Assembly (NCBI GenBank): GCA_963813075.1
Contig: CAWEXU010000010.1
Location: 1 to 64,000 of the forward strand
Length of the DNA: 64,000 nucleotides
Source: Methanotrichaceae archaeon
Lineage (GTDB): Archaea; Halobacteriota; Methanosarcinia; Methanotrichales; Methanotrichaceae
Direction of reading: 5' to 3'
Part shown: positions 53,333 to 63,414 of the stretch, piece after piece
Position numbering within the stretch: position 1 is the first letter of the stretch
Layout: every line of letters begins with the position of its first letter
Program-made: the position numbers and the translations under genes
Notes under the pieces: model-generated
Databases searched by the model: none
Told to the model about the DNA's origin: nothing
The model's input: the letters and a program-made list of their open reading frames with translations, nothing else

Positions 53333-54523
53333 ATGTCAGGCCTGATAGAAACCTTCCGCGAATCCACGAATCTGCAATGCAGCTTCCTGGAGAAGCTGCT
53401 GGATCTGGATATGCCAAGCGTCGCCGCATTCTCCGAGTCCATGGTGGACTTTCTCCAGCCCACCCCGGAGAACAAATTCGTCTATGGCCTTGCAGCGGGA
53501 CGGTCCGCTCTTGCCCTCTACAGCTTCATGCAGCTCATCCAGAACCATTTCGAGAACGTTTTTCCTTTTACTCTGGAGGACCCGGTTCAGAGGCACTACC
53601 GCAAAGGGATGAACCTGGGCATTGCCATATCAGGCTCTGGAGAGACACAGTCCGTCAATAAATATATAAGCGACTTCATTACTCGCGGCGGGGATTTAAA
53701 GCTCATTACCGCCAATGAAGAGAGTACTGCCTACAAGATGGTAAGCGAGTATGAGAAGGGCTCCGTTCTGGTGATCAAGGCCCGGACGAAGCATGCCACA
53801 GACAAGGATATGCGCTCCAGGCTCTCCCCTCTGGGCACGGAGTTCGAGCTGGAGGTCCTGGCCTTTTTGAATGCCCTCTTCGCGGACATTCAGTGCCGGC
53901 TCAGGGGAGTCTGCGATCCTACCTGCCCGGAGTATCGATCCATAATCATGGACCTGATGGAGAACGCCCGCCTCATCTCCGGCATGGATCCCGAGCACCT
54001 GGAAAACTGGCTGGTCAGGCTCCTTCCCCGCAGCGGACGATACATCATCGGCGGAGTGGGCAGATCCGGTCTGGTGGCCAGGGCTTTTGAGATGAGGTTC
54101 ACCCATCTGAACAAGATCAGCTATTGGGAGAGGGATTTCAATACCCCGAGCTTTCAGATAGGCGATGTCTACATACCAATAACCGGGACAGGCAACACCT
54201 ATGAGACCCTGGAGGGGACGACGATGGCCTTGAAGAAGGGGGCGGATGTGATGCCCATAACCGCCAATCCCTCGTCCCGGCAGGTCTCCATTCTGAGAAA
54301 ATGCGGGAGGACCAGGGATATTGCTGTGGTGCCGGTGAAAGAGGAGTACCAGAGTCTCTTCAGCGGCGATTCATCCTCTACCACCTGGCTGATGTCCGAC
54401 TACACCAAGTTCAGGTATCCCATCTTCGAGATCAACGCCTCCATATTCACCAACAGCGCGGTAGCAGTGGGCGCGGAGTTCCTGGGTATAGCAGAAGCAG
54501 GGATGAGGCGGATGCACGTATGA
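53333..54523 (+). CDS. tandem SIS-domain (Phi/HxlB-like) protein
   Basis: AAGRS..ISGSGET and GVGRSGLVARAFEMR..TGTGNT. Confidence 0.8.
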   Translation: MSGLIETFRESTNLQCSFLEKLLDLDMPSVAAFSESMVDFLQPTPENKFVYGLAAGRSALALYSFMQLIQNHFENVFPFTLEDPVQRHYRKGMNLGIAISGSGETQSVNKYISDFITRGGDLKLITANEESTAYKMVSEYEKGSVLVIKARTKHATDKDMRSRLSPLGTEFELEVLAFLNALFADIQCRLRGVCDPTCPEYRSIIMDLMENARLISGMDPEHLENWLVRLLPRSGRYIIGGVGRSGLVARAFEMRFTHLNKISYWERDFNTPSFQIGDVYIPITGTGNTYETLEGTTMALKKGADVMPITANPSSRQVSILRKCGRTRDIAVVPVKEEYQSLFSGDSSSTTWLMSDYTKFRYPIFEINASIFTNSAVAVGAEFLGIAEAGMRRMHV

Positions 54524-54553
54524 GGCGGATGCACGTATGAGGCGGATGCACTT
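54503..54553 (+). repeat. 17-nt tandem repeat x3 spanning a stop codon and abutting the next ATG
   Basis: ATGAGGCGGATGCACGT x2 plus ATGAGGCGGATGCACTT. Confidence 0.95.
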
Positions 54554-55108
54554 ATGAGCGGGAAGACCAGGATACTTGCACTCTCCGATACTCATCTGGG
54601 GGACGATGACCGGCTCCCTGGTGCGGTGGTCGAGCTGGCAAGCGAGGCGGATATAATCCTTCATGCCGGGGACTTCGTCTCCGTTGGGGCCTATTCCGCC
54701 CTGAAGGATCTGGGAAGGCTGGTGGCGGTGAGGGGAAACTCCGACTCTCCTCCACTCAAAAAACTCCTGCCGGAAAGAGAAGTGATCGATGTCGATGGAG
54801 TGAAAATAGGCATCGTTCATATGGCCTCGCATGGCGCAGATCTGGTGGGCGCGGAGATGATGGCCAGGGAGATGGACTGTGAGGTCCTGGTCTTCGGCCA
54901 TATCCACCGTCCTCTTATTGAGAAGTCGAGGAGGCTTCTAATCTGTCCCGGGAGCACGACCCTGCCCCGGATGTCAGCGCCTTCGGTGGCGGAACTCGTG
55001 GTTATTGAGGGCACTGTACAGGGGAGAATCATCCCCATCGGAAGCCCAGCCTGCAATTATCTGAAGTATGCGGAGACGCTGGGAAAAAAGAAGTCAGAAG
55101 AGGGATGA
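54554..55108 (+). CDS. YfcE-family metallophosphoesterase
   Basis: SDTH, HAGD, GNSD, GHIH, PGS. Confidence 0.93.
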   Translation: MSGKTRILALSDTHLGDDDRLPGAVVELASEADIILHAGDFVSVGAYSALKDLGRLVAVRGNSDSPPLKKLLPEREVIDVDGVKIGIVHMASHGADLVGAEMMAREMDCEVLVFGHIHRPLIEKSRRLLICPGSTTLPRMSAPSVAELVVIEGTVQGRIIPIGSPACNYLKYAETLGKKKSEEG

Positions 55109-55111
55109 TCT

Positions 55112-55582
55112 TCAGGACTCAATTATGATAAAATCCTCGGGACTGGCCACAAGCCAGACCTCTTTTGCTCCATGTCCCTTAAAGTCTCCTGGCGCGGTAT
55201 CCTCAATGTAGGTGTATAAAGGCCATCCCTTATAGGCGGTCTGTTTCACGTCGTCTGCCCTTATGGCATCAGCGAAGTCGGAGGCGTTCAGGCCTTCTGG
55301 GACAGTGATATTTTCCGCATAGAAAGCAGGCCAGGCGTCAAGACAATCCCCTGAGCAAGTACTGTTGCCGTCTCCTGGATCACTTAAGAAGTAATAGAGG
55401 GTAAAACCCGTCTCGTTGACCATAAATGTCCCGATAGAATCGTTACTGGCCAGGTTCACTGCATACTCATCTGTCTCTTCTGCCGCAACAGTTAGACCGG
55501 ACAGCATTGAAATGGCCAGCAACAGGATGCTCGTTCTTAGTCTGATTGACAATAAAATCACCTTCAAGGTGTCCTCCTGCAA
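55112..55582 (-). CDS. secreted repeat protein (COG4315-like)
   Basis: G.TLYYF..D..STC.GDC...WP; QTAYKGWPLY.Y..D..PGD..G. Confidence 0.85.
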   Translation of the reverse strand: MQEDTLKVILLSIRLRTSILLLAISMLSGLTVAAEETDEYAVNLASNDSIGTFMVNETGFTLYYFLSDPGDGNSTCSGDCLDAWPAFYAENITVPEGLNASDFADAIRADDVKQTAYKGWPLYTYIEDTAPGDFKGHGAKEVWLVASPEDFIIIES

Positions 55583-55699
55583 AAGCCTTAAAGCTTTCGA
55601 TAGTGCGAAATAAAATATTTGTAAAAATATGACCTTTTCAAGTCAAAAAGTTCTTAAAGCATATAGTTCCTTATCATAAATTGAAGGAAGTAGATTTAG

Positions 55700-56059
55700 A
55701 TGTCCGCCTGTGAACACAATCTATCCGGCAGCCGAGAAAAAATATGGTTGCCGTACTACTTTGAAGGCAGAGAGCGAGGTCTGAAACCCCATCCCTATTG
55801 CACCGAATGCGGCCTGATCAAAAACCTTTCTTCTGAACGGCTCAGAAGTATAGGCTTTTTCATGAACCTGATTGCCGATCTTGGGCAGCGCCATAAGATT
55901 GCCAAGACCCAGGTCAGGCTAATTGCTCTGGAGATGGAACGGCTCCGTCTAGATGACAATTTTGGAATGGATCGGCAGCAACAAGAGGATCTGTTTGTGG
56001 ATATCGCAGTTAAGATCCTCAATGTGCCGCCAAGATCGGTATTAGAACTATTAATATAA
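55700..56059 (+). CDS. hypothetical protein, possible metal site
   Basis: C-E-H..HPYCTECG; 119-aa ORF. Confidence 0.7.
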   Translation: MSACEHNLSGSREKIWLPYYFEGRERGLKPHPYCTECGLIKNLSSERLRSIGFFMNLIADLGQRHKIAKTQVRLIALEMERLRLDDNFGMDRQQQEDLFVDIAVKILNVPPRSVLELLI

Positions 56060-56273
56060 ATTAATTTGATCTTTGGTATACCACGTAGAAAAAAACATAA
56101 TGTATAATTCTGACCGACATCCTTATAGCTTGAGCAATGCCACGTGCTACCACTTACCACAATAGTCCTTCCTGCGAACCGAGGAAGTATTGTGGCTGTG
56201 CGGGCTAGAGCCTCAGGCTATGGCCAGCAATAGGATTCAGAATTAAGCTACAGCAACATGGTTGGTGTTATGC

Positions 56274-56462
56274 ATGCTCGGCATTGAGGATCCTTGGATC
56301 TGGGGGGTCTATCTTCTCAGCATTCTAAGCACGCTCTTGTGCGTGATCTATGGAATCATTTATTGGAATAGAGGCGGTGAGAGGGAGGCAGAGGAGATCG
56401 TAGAGGAAGCCGCCTGGGAATCGAATGAGGAAGAGATGGAAGAGAAAGAGCTTGGGTTGTGA
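56274..56462 (+). CDS. symporter small accessory protein
   Basis: MLGIEDPWIWGVYLL..LCVIYG..WN directly before the SSS transporter. Confidence 0.85.
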   Translation: MLGIEDPWIWGVYLLSILSTLLCVIYGIIYWNRGGEREAEEIVEEAAWESNEEEMEEKELGL

Positions 56463-58054
56463 CGGGAATGAATCTGCTTTTATTCAATGTTATCATATTG
56501 ATTTATCTTCTGGTCACTCTCTATTTAGGCTATCGCGGCTGGAAAGGCACCAAAGACACAGAGGGCTATCTGGTAGCAGGAAGGAAGGCCCATCCTTATA
56601 TCATGGCCATGAGCTATGGTGCCACATTCATCAGCACCTCGGCCATAGTCGGGTTTGGCGGTAACGCAGGACTTTTCGGCATGGGCCTGCTCTGGCTTAC
56701 GTTCTTCAATATCTTTGTCGGCATTTTCATAGCCTTTGTCATCTATGGCAAGAGGACCAGAAGAATGGGCCACAACCTCGGTGCCATGACCTTCCCGGAG
56801 CTATTGGGAAAGAGATTCGACAGCCGGTTTATCCAGTATTTCAGCGGGCTGGTCATCTTCCTTGGAATGCCCCTTTATGCATCAGTGGTCCTGATAGGAG
56901 CAGCACGCTTCATGGAGACCACTTTAGCCATAGACTTCCATGTGGCCCTGTTCATATATTCTATTATAATCGCGGCTTATGTTATCTGGGGAGGGCTTCG
57001 GGGGGTTATGTATACTGATGCCTTCCAGGGTACCATCATGTTCGTTGGCATGGCATTTCTGCTGTTTATGACCTACACCCATCTGGGAGGGATAACCGCT
57101 GCCCACCAGGCTCTCACCAATATGGCCCATCTGGTTCCTGAAAATCTCGCTCAGATGGGGCATGTGGGCTGGACGGAAATGCCAACCTTAGGCAGCAGCT
57201 GGTGGTGGACACTGGTCTCCACCATTGTGCTCGGGGTGGGAATAGGGGTTTTAGCCATGCCCCAGCTCGCTGTCCGGTTCATGACCGTCAAGTCCAGCAA
57301 GGAGCTGCACCGGGGAACGCTGATCGGAGGCATATTCATTCTTTTCATGACCGGGGTGGCCTTCACTGTCGGTGCCCTCTCCAATGTCTTCTTTTTCCAA
57401 AGACAGGGCGATATTGCCATAAATGTAGCAAAGGGCAATGCCGACAGCATCATACCCATTTACATCAATGCGGCAATGCCTGAATGGTTTGTATACCTTT
57501 TCATGCTCACCCTCCTGGCGGCAGCGATGTCCACATCCAGTTCCCAGTTTCATACCCAGGGAAGCGCCATTGGCAGGGATATTTATGAGACGATCAGCCA
57601 TAAGAAGGGTGGGGGCTCAATAATGGTCACCAGAGCAGGAATAATTGTGGCCATGATAATCGCCGTCACCCTGGGCTACATTCTCCCCGATAATATCATC
57701 GCTCGCGGCACCGCGATCTTCTTTGGGCTGTGCGCATCCGCATTCCTTCCCATGTACACCACTGCTCTTTACTGGAAGGGAGCTACCAGGGCAGGAGCAA
57801 TTGCCGGCCTGTTGACGGGGACATTTGTTACCGTTTTCTGGTATCTATTTGTTCATAAGGCAGAGGCAGTGCCGCTGGGAATAAGCAAGATGCTCCTGGG
57901 CAGGGATCTGCTGGTGGCCCAGATGCCCTGGCCGGTGGTGGACCCGATCCTGGTCGCTTTGCCCCTGGCAATGATCGCCACCATTGTGGTGAGCCTCTTC
58001 ACAAAGAGGATCGACAAAGGGCACCTGGAGGAATGCTTCAAGGGAATGAAATGA
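56459..58054 (+). CDS. sodium:solute symporter (SSS family)
   Basis: YLVAGR, ATFISTSAIVG, GGLRGVMYTD, PQLAVRF, AAAMST. Confidence 0.95.
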   Translation: MTGMNLLLFNVIILIYLLVTLYLGYRGWKGTKDTEGYLVAGRKAHPYIMAMSYGATFISTSAIVGFGGNAGLFGMGLLWLTFFNIFVGIFIAFVIYGKRTRRMGHNLGAMTFPELLGKRFDSRFIQYFSGLVIFLGMPLYASVVLIGAARFMETTLAIDFHVALFIYSIIIAAYVIWGGLRGVMYTDAFQGTIMFVGMAFLLFMTYTHLGGITAAHQALTNMAHLVPENLAQMGHVGWTEMPTLGSSWWWTLVSTIVLGVGIGVLAMPQLAVRFMTVKSSKELHRGTLIGGIFILFMTGVAFTVGALSNVFFFQRQGDIAINVAKGNADSIIPIYINAAMPEWFVYLFMLTLLAAAMSTSSSQFHTQGSAIGRDIYETISHKKGGGSIMVTRAGIIVAMIIAVTLGYILPDNIIARGTAIFFGLCASAFLPMYTTALYWKGATRAGAIAGLLTGTFVTVFWYLFVHKAEAVPLGISKMLLGRDLLVAQMPWPVVDPILVALPLAMIATIVVSLFTKRIDKGHLEECFKGMK

Positions 58055-58140
58055 AGTCCAGGCAATTACTATTTTTTTATTCATTTTATCCAGGAGAAAG
58101 CTATAAACCTAATTCAAGAGTCTCTGGCCGCGAGGATACT

Positions 58141-58563
58141 ATGATAATTAAGATCAGGACAGCAGCATTCTTGATTGTGCTATTTTTGGCCTTCTTGGTG
58201 CCGGTTTTTGCGGAGATGAGCGAGTATCAGAGAGGGGTGGCCAATGGATTGAAGATCGGGCTATTCATGGGAGAATACTATGGAAGAGGGCAGTATGTGA
58301 CAGACTATTCCGGGCAGTATAATACCTATCTGGATAGCTATAACCAGTTCCTCTGGGCCTCGTTTGGCGATAACAGGACGCTGATAAACGAGTTTACCCG
58401 CTATCCTATCCCTGCCCCGGTAAGATCATCCAGCACCGGGGTATTGAAGCCCGATGCCAGCGGAAGAATCCTTGGCTATCCAGCCGATTCGTATTATACC
58501 TGGATTGGAGCGGTGCCGGGGACAGCACCAGAGAACCCAGGAAATGCCCTGCCGGGAGTATAG
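58141..58563 (+). CDS. secreted hypothetical protein
   Basis: Signal peptide ending VFA; Tyr-rich. Confidence 0.7.
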   Translation: MIIKIRTAAFLIVLFLAFLVPVFAEMSEYQRGVANGLKIGLFMGEYYGRGQYVTDYSGQYNTYLDSYNQFLWASFGDNRTLINEFTRYPIPAPVRSSSTGVLKPDASGRILGYPADSYYTWIGAVPGTAPENPGNALPGV

Positions 58564-58570
58564 AGCACCT

Positions 58571-59715
58571 TTAGACTAATACCTCTTCCATCGGCCTTCT
58601 GGGAGTGAGCTCATTGGCGGGCCCAACATCATCCAGGCAGAAGATCTGCTGAACAAATGAGTCATTTAAAAGTCCTTTTGCCTCGGATTCCGTCTCCACA
58701 GCCTGCAGCGCCCGGTTCATGGGCTGAAGGCTCAACCCAGCAGATATGGCTGAGAGCCTGAAGCGCTCGTACACCCGCCCGGCCCTGAGCTGAGACTGAA
58801 GATCATTTTTCTCGCTGGTGACAAATCCCAGATATAGAGAGCTATTGATGGTCTCTTTATCCTTTTTTATCTGGCCGGGGACGCTGTCCATGAATGCCAC
58901 CTTTATCTGCTCGACCTTGGCCTGGACTCCTGTCGGCCCCATGGCTCCTCGGGAGAGCCAGTGGCCCAGCTCGCTCTTAAAGGTGACATTAGAGTATAGT
59001 GATCGGTCTGCCTCCTCTGTCAGATCGAGAAGTCTCTTTTTGGTCAGAGGATCGTCGGAGAGAAAGATGCCGATATCCTGATCCGTGTTGAGGGCCATGA
59101 GGTCCACGAGGTCCATGATGGCTTCGATATCCCTCAGCTCGGCTTTTTGCACAATCTGGCCATCAGATGCCTCAAGGCTCGCGGTTACTGCTATTTGTCG
59201 AGGTGATGGCAGAAAAGAGGCGTGGGTCCATTGAGCTTATAGCACCGGGCTGCAATGAGACTCTGGCCACGGGATGATACGATTCCGGAAGGTCCGATTT
59301 TAGGAAATCTGATTCGGACAGGTCCGATTCCGTAAGGTAGCTGACTGTGCTATTGTAGCCGAAATGGTCTGCTGCTACGATCAGGTTTTCAAGCGCTCCG
59401 CCAATGCTGATATACATATCTCTCTTATTGCTGTCCGCGATCTTCGAGCCATCGGGATTCATCAGCAAAGATCAGGATCTTGTCTCCGGAGACATTGAAA
59501 CTCCAGGGCTGGGTGTTGTAGATGGAAGGGGCCAGTATGGCATAATTGAGCAGGAAGGTTCCCTTCTCCTCTGAGCTGCCATTATCAGGAAAGTCGTTCT
59601 CCTCGACGCTCCATACCTCAAAGGATCCTTTGGGCTGCCAGATAATTCCTGGCAGCAGCATTCCCACCATCAAAAACAGGCTTATTAATACTACTCTGGT
59701 TGCAGACATCCCCAT
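58571..59715 (-). pseudogene. Acg-family nitroreductase, split into three frames
   Basis: ILAPSIYNTQPW, ISIGGALENL, AGRVYER, TPRRP. Confidence 0.7.
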
Positions 59716-59838
59716 TTTTCAAGCCTCATAACTGAATTCTCTATTCAGGCCATTGTGAAGCCAGAGAAATATAGCCTGCGGTAGGATAGGCTGCGGCGGG
59801 ATCGGCTGAGGTGGGATGTAGCCTGCTATCGGGAGGCC

Positions 59839-60045
59839 CTAAAAGGCTCTTATTCTACTGTGATCTGCTGGCATCATTTCTATGTTCCTGTGCAGGTCGT
59901 ATTCAAGCTCACAGCTCTCTATCACTGAGATCTCATGATCTATCTGTTCAGTTTCGGCCATGCATCGCTCTAATTGCTTAAGCAGTGCCGATCTGCGTTT
60001 GAGCAAAGCGGTCTTTTGGAGTGAGAGGTCATCTAACATAGACAT
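59839..60045 (-). CDS. small coiled-coil hypothetical protein
   Basis: 68-aa ORF with GGAGG RBS. Confidence 0.55.
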   Translation of the reverse strand: MSMLDDLSLQKTALLKRRSALLKQLERCMAETEQIDHEISVIESCELEYDLHRNIEMMPADHSRIRAF

Positions 60046-60305
60046 TTTCGTCTTCCTCCATTTGAATACATTTCAGCTAATATCTATCACTATTAATTGT
60101 TATGTATAAGCATAAAAGCATTTCGGTCTCAGAACGAATTCCCCCGGATCGCTGGGGAAGACTATATCCGGTTACAGGATCATATTCTTTCTAAACGCAT
60201 CTATATCGGAAGAAATTCGGATATAGTATCAAGCCTTTTGCCCCTGAAGCAAGTCTGCAATTTGGCTTTCTGCATAATGGCCCGGGCATTTGATGATATG
60301 AGGAG

Positions 60306-60983
60306 ATGAAGATGGTACACCCAAGCAAATTCAGCGCAATTAACCTATTGCCCAAGCTAAATCTGGATACGGAGAAATGGAACCGAATACCTGAGGAGCA
60401 GGTCATTGCATCAACCGTAAAAGCCATCGAAGAGAGGGGCATTCAGGTGGAGCGACTGGCAGATGGAAACCAGGCTCTGGCCAGGATCAGGGAGTTGATT
60501 CCTCCCGGATCGGAGGTTATGAATGGCTCATCGACCACCCTCATCGAGATTGGCTTTCAGGAGCTAATGGACAGCGGCAAGCACGAATGGAAGGATCTGA
60601 AGCTGGCGGTGACAGGAGAGGACGATGCTCAGAAGAGAGCCAGGATCAGGCGAAAGACCGTCACCTCCGATTACTTCCTCTCCGGAGTGAATGCCATTGC
60701 CCAGACCGGGGAGCTGGTGGCCTGTGATGCTACCGGGAGCAGAGTAGGCGCCTGGCCTTATGGCGCCGGGAAGCTGCTGCTGGTGGCAGGAGCGAATAAG
60801 ATCGTACCCACCCTGGATGATGCTCTGCGCCGCATATGGGAGTACACCTTTCCCCTGGAGGATGTTCGATCCCAGAATGTTTATGGGGTCCCGAGCAAGA
60901 TTGGAAAATGCGTCATCCTCGCCAATGAGTCCCAGCCTGGCCGGGTCACGCTGCTTTTGATAGATGAAAGCTATGGGTATTAA
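60306..60983 (+). CDS. LUD-domain (LutC/YkgG-like) protein
   Basis: GSSTTL, SGVNAI..GELV..D.TGSRV, GANKIV. Confidence 0.85.
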   Translation: MKMVHPSKFSAINLLPKLNLDTEKWNRIPEEQVIASTVKAIEERGIQVERLADGNQALARIRELIPPGSEVMNGSSTTLIEIGFQELMDSGKHEWKDLKLAVTGEDDAQKRARIRRKTVTSDYFLSGVNAIAQTGELVACDATGSRVGAWPYGAGKLLLVAGANKIVPTLDDALRRIWEYTFPLEDVRSQNVYGVPSKIGKCVILANESQPGRVTLLLIDESYGY

Positions 60984-61048
60984 TCTTTAATATATAGTAA
61001 TTGAATAAAGTTAATCTAAAAAAAGCGATTATGATAGTCTTGCCCCTC

Positions 61049-62224
61049 TCACTTCGTCGAGACTATCTTTATCACGTCCCCGTCCTTCAGCTCGTGCTTC
61101 TCCCCCAGCCTCATCTTGGTCCTGGCATCGATGGCAAAGAGGAAGCTCTCGCCGATATCCGAGTGCACCCGGAAGGCCAGGTCCCGGGCGGTGCTCCCCC
61201 GCTTCATCAGGAAGGCGTCGGGCAAAATGACTCCCTTGCGGTCGGTGAACTTGCTCTCATCCTCCACCGGATAGAGGACGATGTAGTCCAACAGCTCGAA
61301 TATCGCCCGGTTGATGCACTCCTGCACCCCGGTCCCGCCGTACTCCTTCATCAAGGCCCTGATCTTCTCCAGGCCCGCCTTCTGGGCGGGGCTGAGTTCG
61401 CCCTTGATCTGGAAATCCGGGTCCCCAGGCCGGTAGCTGATCAGGCCCGCCTTCTCCGCCATCCGCAGAGCGATCTCCGCTGCTCCGCTGACCGGTATCA
61501 CCATCTCGTCCTTGAGGGCAAGGAGCTTTTTCACGTTCTCCGGCGGAGCGACATCCATCTTATTGGCCGCCAGGATCATGGGCTTGCTGTACCTGCGCAA
61601 AAGAATGGCGAAATTCTTCACGTCCTCCTCATTCCAGGCTCCCAGGTCCTTTTTCATCTCGGTCAGGGCGCGACGGATGTGGCTGTCAGAGACCCCCGCC
61701 CCCGCCATCTGCTCGATTAAGACCTGGTCCGGCTTGCCCCCCAATGCCCGGAAGTTCCTCATCAACTTTTCCCAGTTGCGGTTGATGATGCCATTGAGCC
61801 ACATGCTGATCTCGTACTCCAGGAATTTTACATCCGATACGGGATCGTAGTTGCCCGTGCCCACCGGGTTTCCTTCGGCGTCTGTGCCGCCGGAGGCGTC
61901 CAGCACATGAATGACTGCCTCCGCCACCCGCAGGGCATCCAAAAACTCATTGCCCAGGCCCTTGCCGAGGTGTGCATCCGGCACCAGGCCGGCAACGTCG
62001 ATCAGCTCGATGGCGATGAAGCGCACCCCATCCTTGCATCTCCCGCAGCCCTTCTCAATGCCCAGCTCCTTGCATGGGCAGGGGACGCGCACATAGGAGA
62101 CGCCGTGGTTGGCGTCAATGGTGGTGAATGGATAGTTGGCTATATCCACCTCTACCAGGGTCGCAGCCTTGAAAAAGGTGGATTTGCCAGAGTTCGGCTT
62201 TCCAGCCAGCCCGACTGAGAGCAT
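61049..62224 (-). CDS. ychF: YchF/Obg-family ATPase with TGS domain
   Basis: GKPNSGKST, NYPFTTI, DVAGLV, NKMD, TGS C-terminus. Confidence 0.93.
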   Translation of the reverse strand: MLSVGLAGKPNSGKSTFFKAATLVEVDIANYPFTTIDANHGVSYVRVPCPCKELGIEKGCGRCKDGVRFIAIELIDVAGLVPDAHLGKGLGNEFLDALRVAEAVIHVLDASGGTDAEGNPVGTGNYDPVSDVKFLEYEISMWLNGIINRNWEKLMRNFRALGGKPDQVLIEQMAGAGVSDSHIRRALTEMKKDLGAWNEEDVKNFAILLRRYSKPMILAANKMDVAPPENVKKLLALKDEMVIPVSGAAEIALRMAEKAGLISYRPGDPDFQIKGELSPAQKAGLEKIRALMKEYGGTGVQECINRAIFELLDYIVLYPVEDESKFTDRKGVILPDAFLMKRGSTARDLAFRVHSDIGESFLFAIDARTKMRLGEKHELKDGDVIKIVSTK

Positions 62225-62242
62225 GTAAGTCAGAGTTCCCGC

Positions 62243-63334
62243 TCAGCGAGAGATGTTCTTGACATTCATCTCGACTGACTTGGCCTCAAACCGGGCTTCT
62301 TTATTCCCGGCGAGCTTGCCCGCCAGGGCCAGCCCCTTCTCCGAGACTGCTTTCTCCTGCAGGGCACCTGCAGCCAGGGCACCGGAGTAAAGCTTCTCCC
62401 CCTTGTCCGTCCGGGTGAGAACAGTCGACCAGCCGTCACCCGATCCCACGCTGCCCACGGATATGTCTGCCAGCTCGCTGGCAAAGTCAAAGCACGGCCC
62501 GCATCCCTTGAAGTTGTACTGGTCCGTCTCCTCCAGCTTCACCTCATTGACCTTGCCCTGCTTATCGATCACCCGGAACATGCCCTTCTTGATCTCAAAG
62601 CGTGCTACATCTTTGGGATCCAGGCCGAACCTGCCCTTCACCAGGCCGTTCATGAGCAGCTCGTAGTCGAAGTTCTCCATGCAGAACAGGCCAACGAGAA
62701 GAGCGATCTTATCCTGGCCGAACTGGTAGGGCTCCTCGATCAGCTGAACCTTTCTCAGCCCCTGAATCTGGCAGGGCGTCCCCACAAAGCCGATCTTCTC
62801 GAATCCCATATTCATGGCCTCGGCCAGGGCGTTGACGCTGTTGTTTATGGTGTACTTGGTGCCGGCAGCGGACTTGATCTCCTCCGCGCTGGTAACAACC
62901 CGGGATACCGTCCTCCACTCCTCATCCTTGTCGGTGATGATGGCGCAGTCGATCATCCCCGACTCCAGGGCATAAACGAGCAGAGCAGTGGCCACACCGC
63001 CATCCTGAGCAATACCTTCGCGGGATACGGCCTGAGCGGAGACCGCTTTTTTGTATATGCCCAGCTTCTCCTCCGGTTTCCGGGTTCTTCCGAAGAGCTT
63101 TGACTCCATCTGGCCCATATCCAGGAAGTTTCTGGGGCAGTAGGTGAAGCACAGGCCGCAGTGGGGGTCGTACATCACCAGCTCTGGCCTGTCCTCCACA
63201 TGCTCAATCCTGGGGCAGAGGGCCTCGCAGGTGCCACAGCGGCAGCATATATCTGATTTTATGACCTTGTATTCCAGCTCTCCGAAACCACATTCCAGGT
63301 AAGTGGGCTCTGCAATCTTCTCCTTAGCGGCCAT
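62243..63334 (-). CDS. FrhB/FpoF-family F420-binding subunit with N-terminal ferredoxin
   Basis: CCRCGTCEALCP, QDGGVAT, GTKY, VGTPCQ, GLFCMENF, ADISVGSVG. Confidence 0.9.
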   Translation of the reverse strand: MAAKEKIAEPTYLECGFGELEYKVIKSDICCRCGTCEALCPRIEHVEDRPELVMYDPHCGLCFTYCPRNFLDMGQMESKLFGRTRKPEEKLGIYKKAVSAQAVSREGIAQDGGVATALLVYALESGMIDCAIITDKDEEWRTVSRVVTSAEEIKSAAGTKYTINNSVNALAEAMNMGFEKIGFVGTPCQIQGLRKVQLIEEPYQFGQDKIALLVGLFCMENFDYELLMNGLVKGRFGLDPKDVARFEIKKGMFRVIDKQGKVNEVKLEETDQYNFKGCGPCFDFASELADISVGSVGSGDGWSTVLTRTDKGEKLYSGALAAGALQEKAVSEKGLALAGKLAGNKEARFEAKSVEMNVKNISR

Positions 63335-63414
63335 GATCATAATCTCCAAAAGTTAGTGGCCTAAATCACCTCCCGACCTAAAGCTTTTATGGTTCGAATG
63401 AGGTTTGCTCGTTG

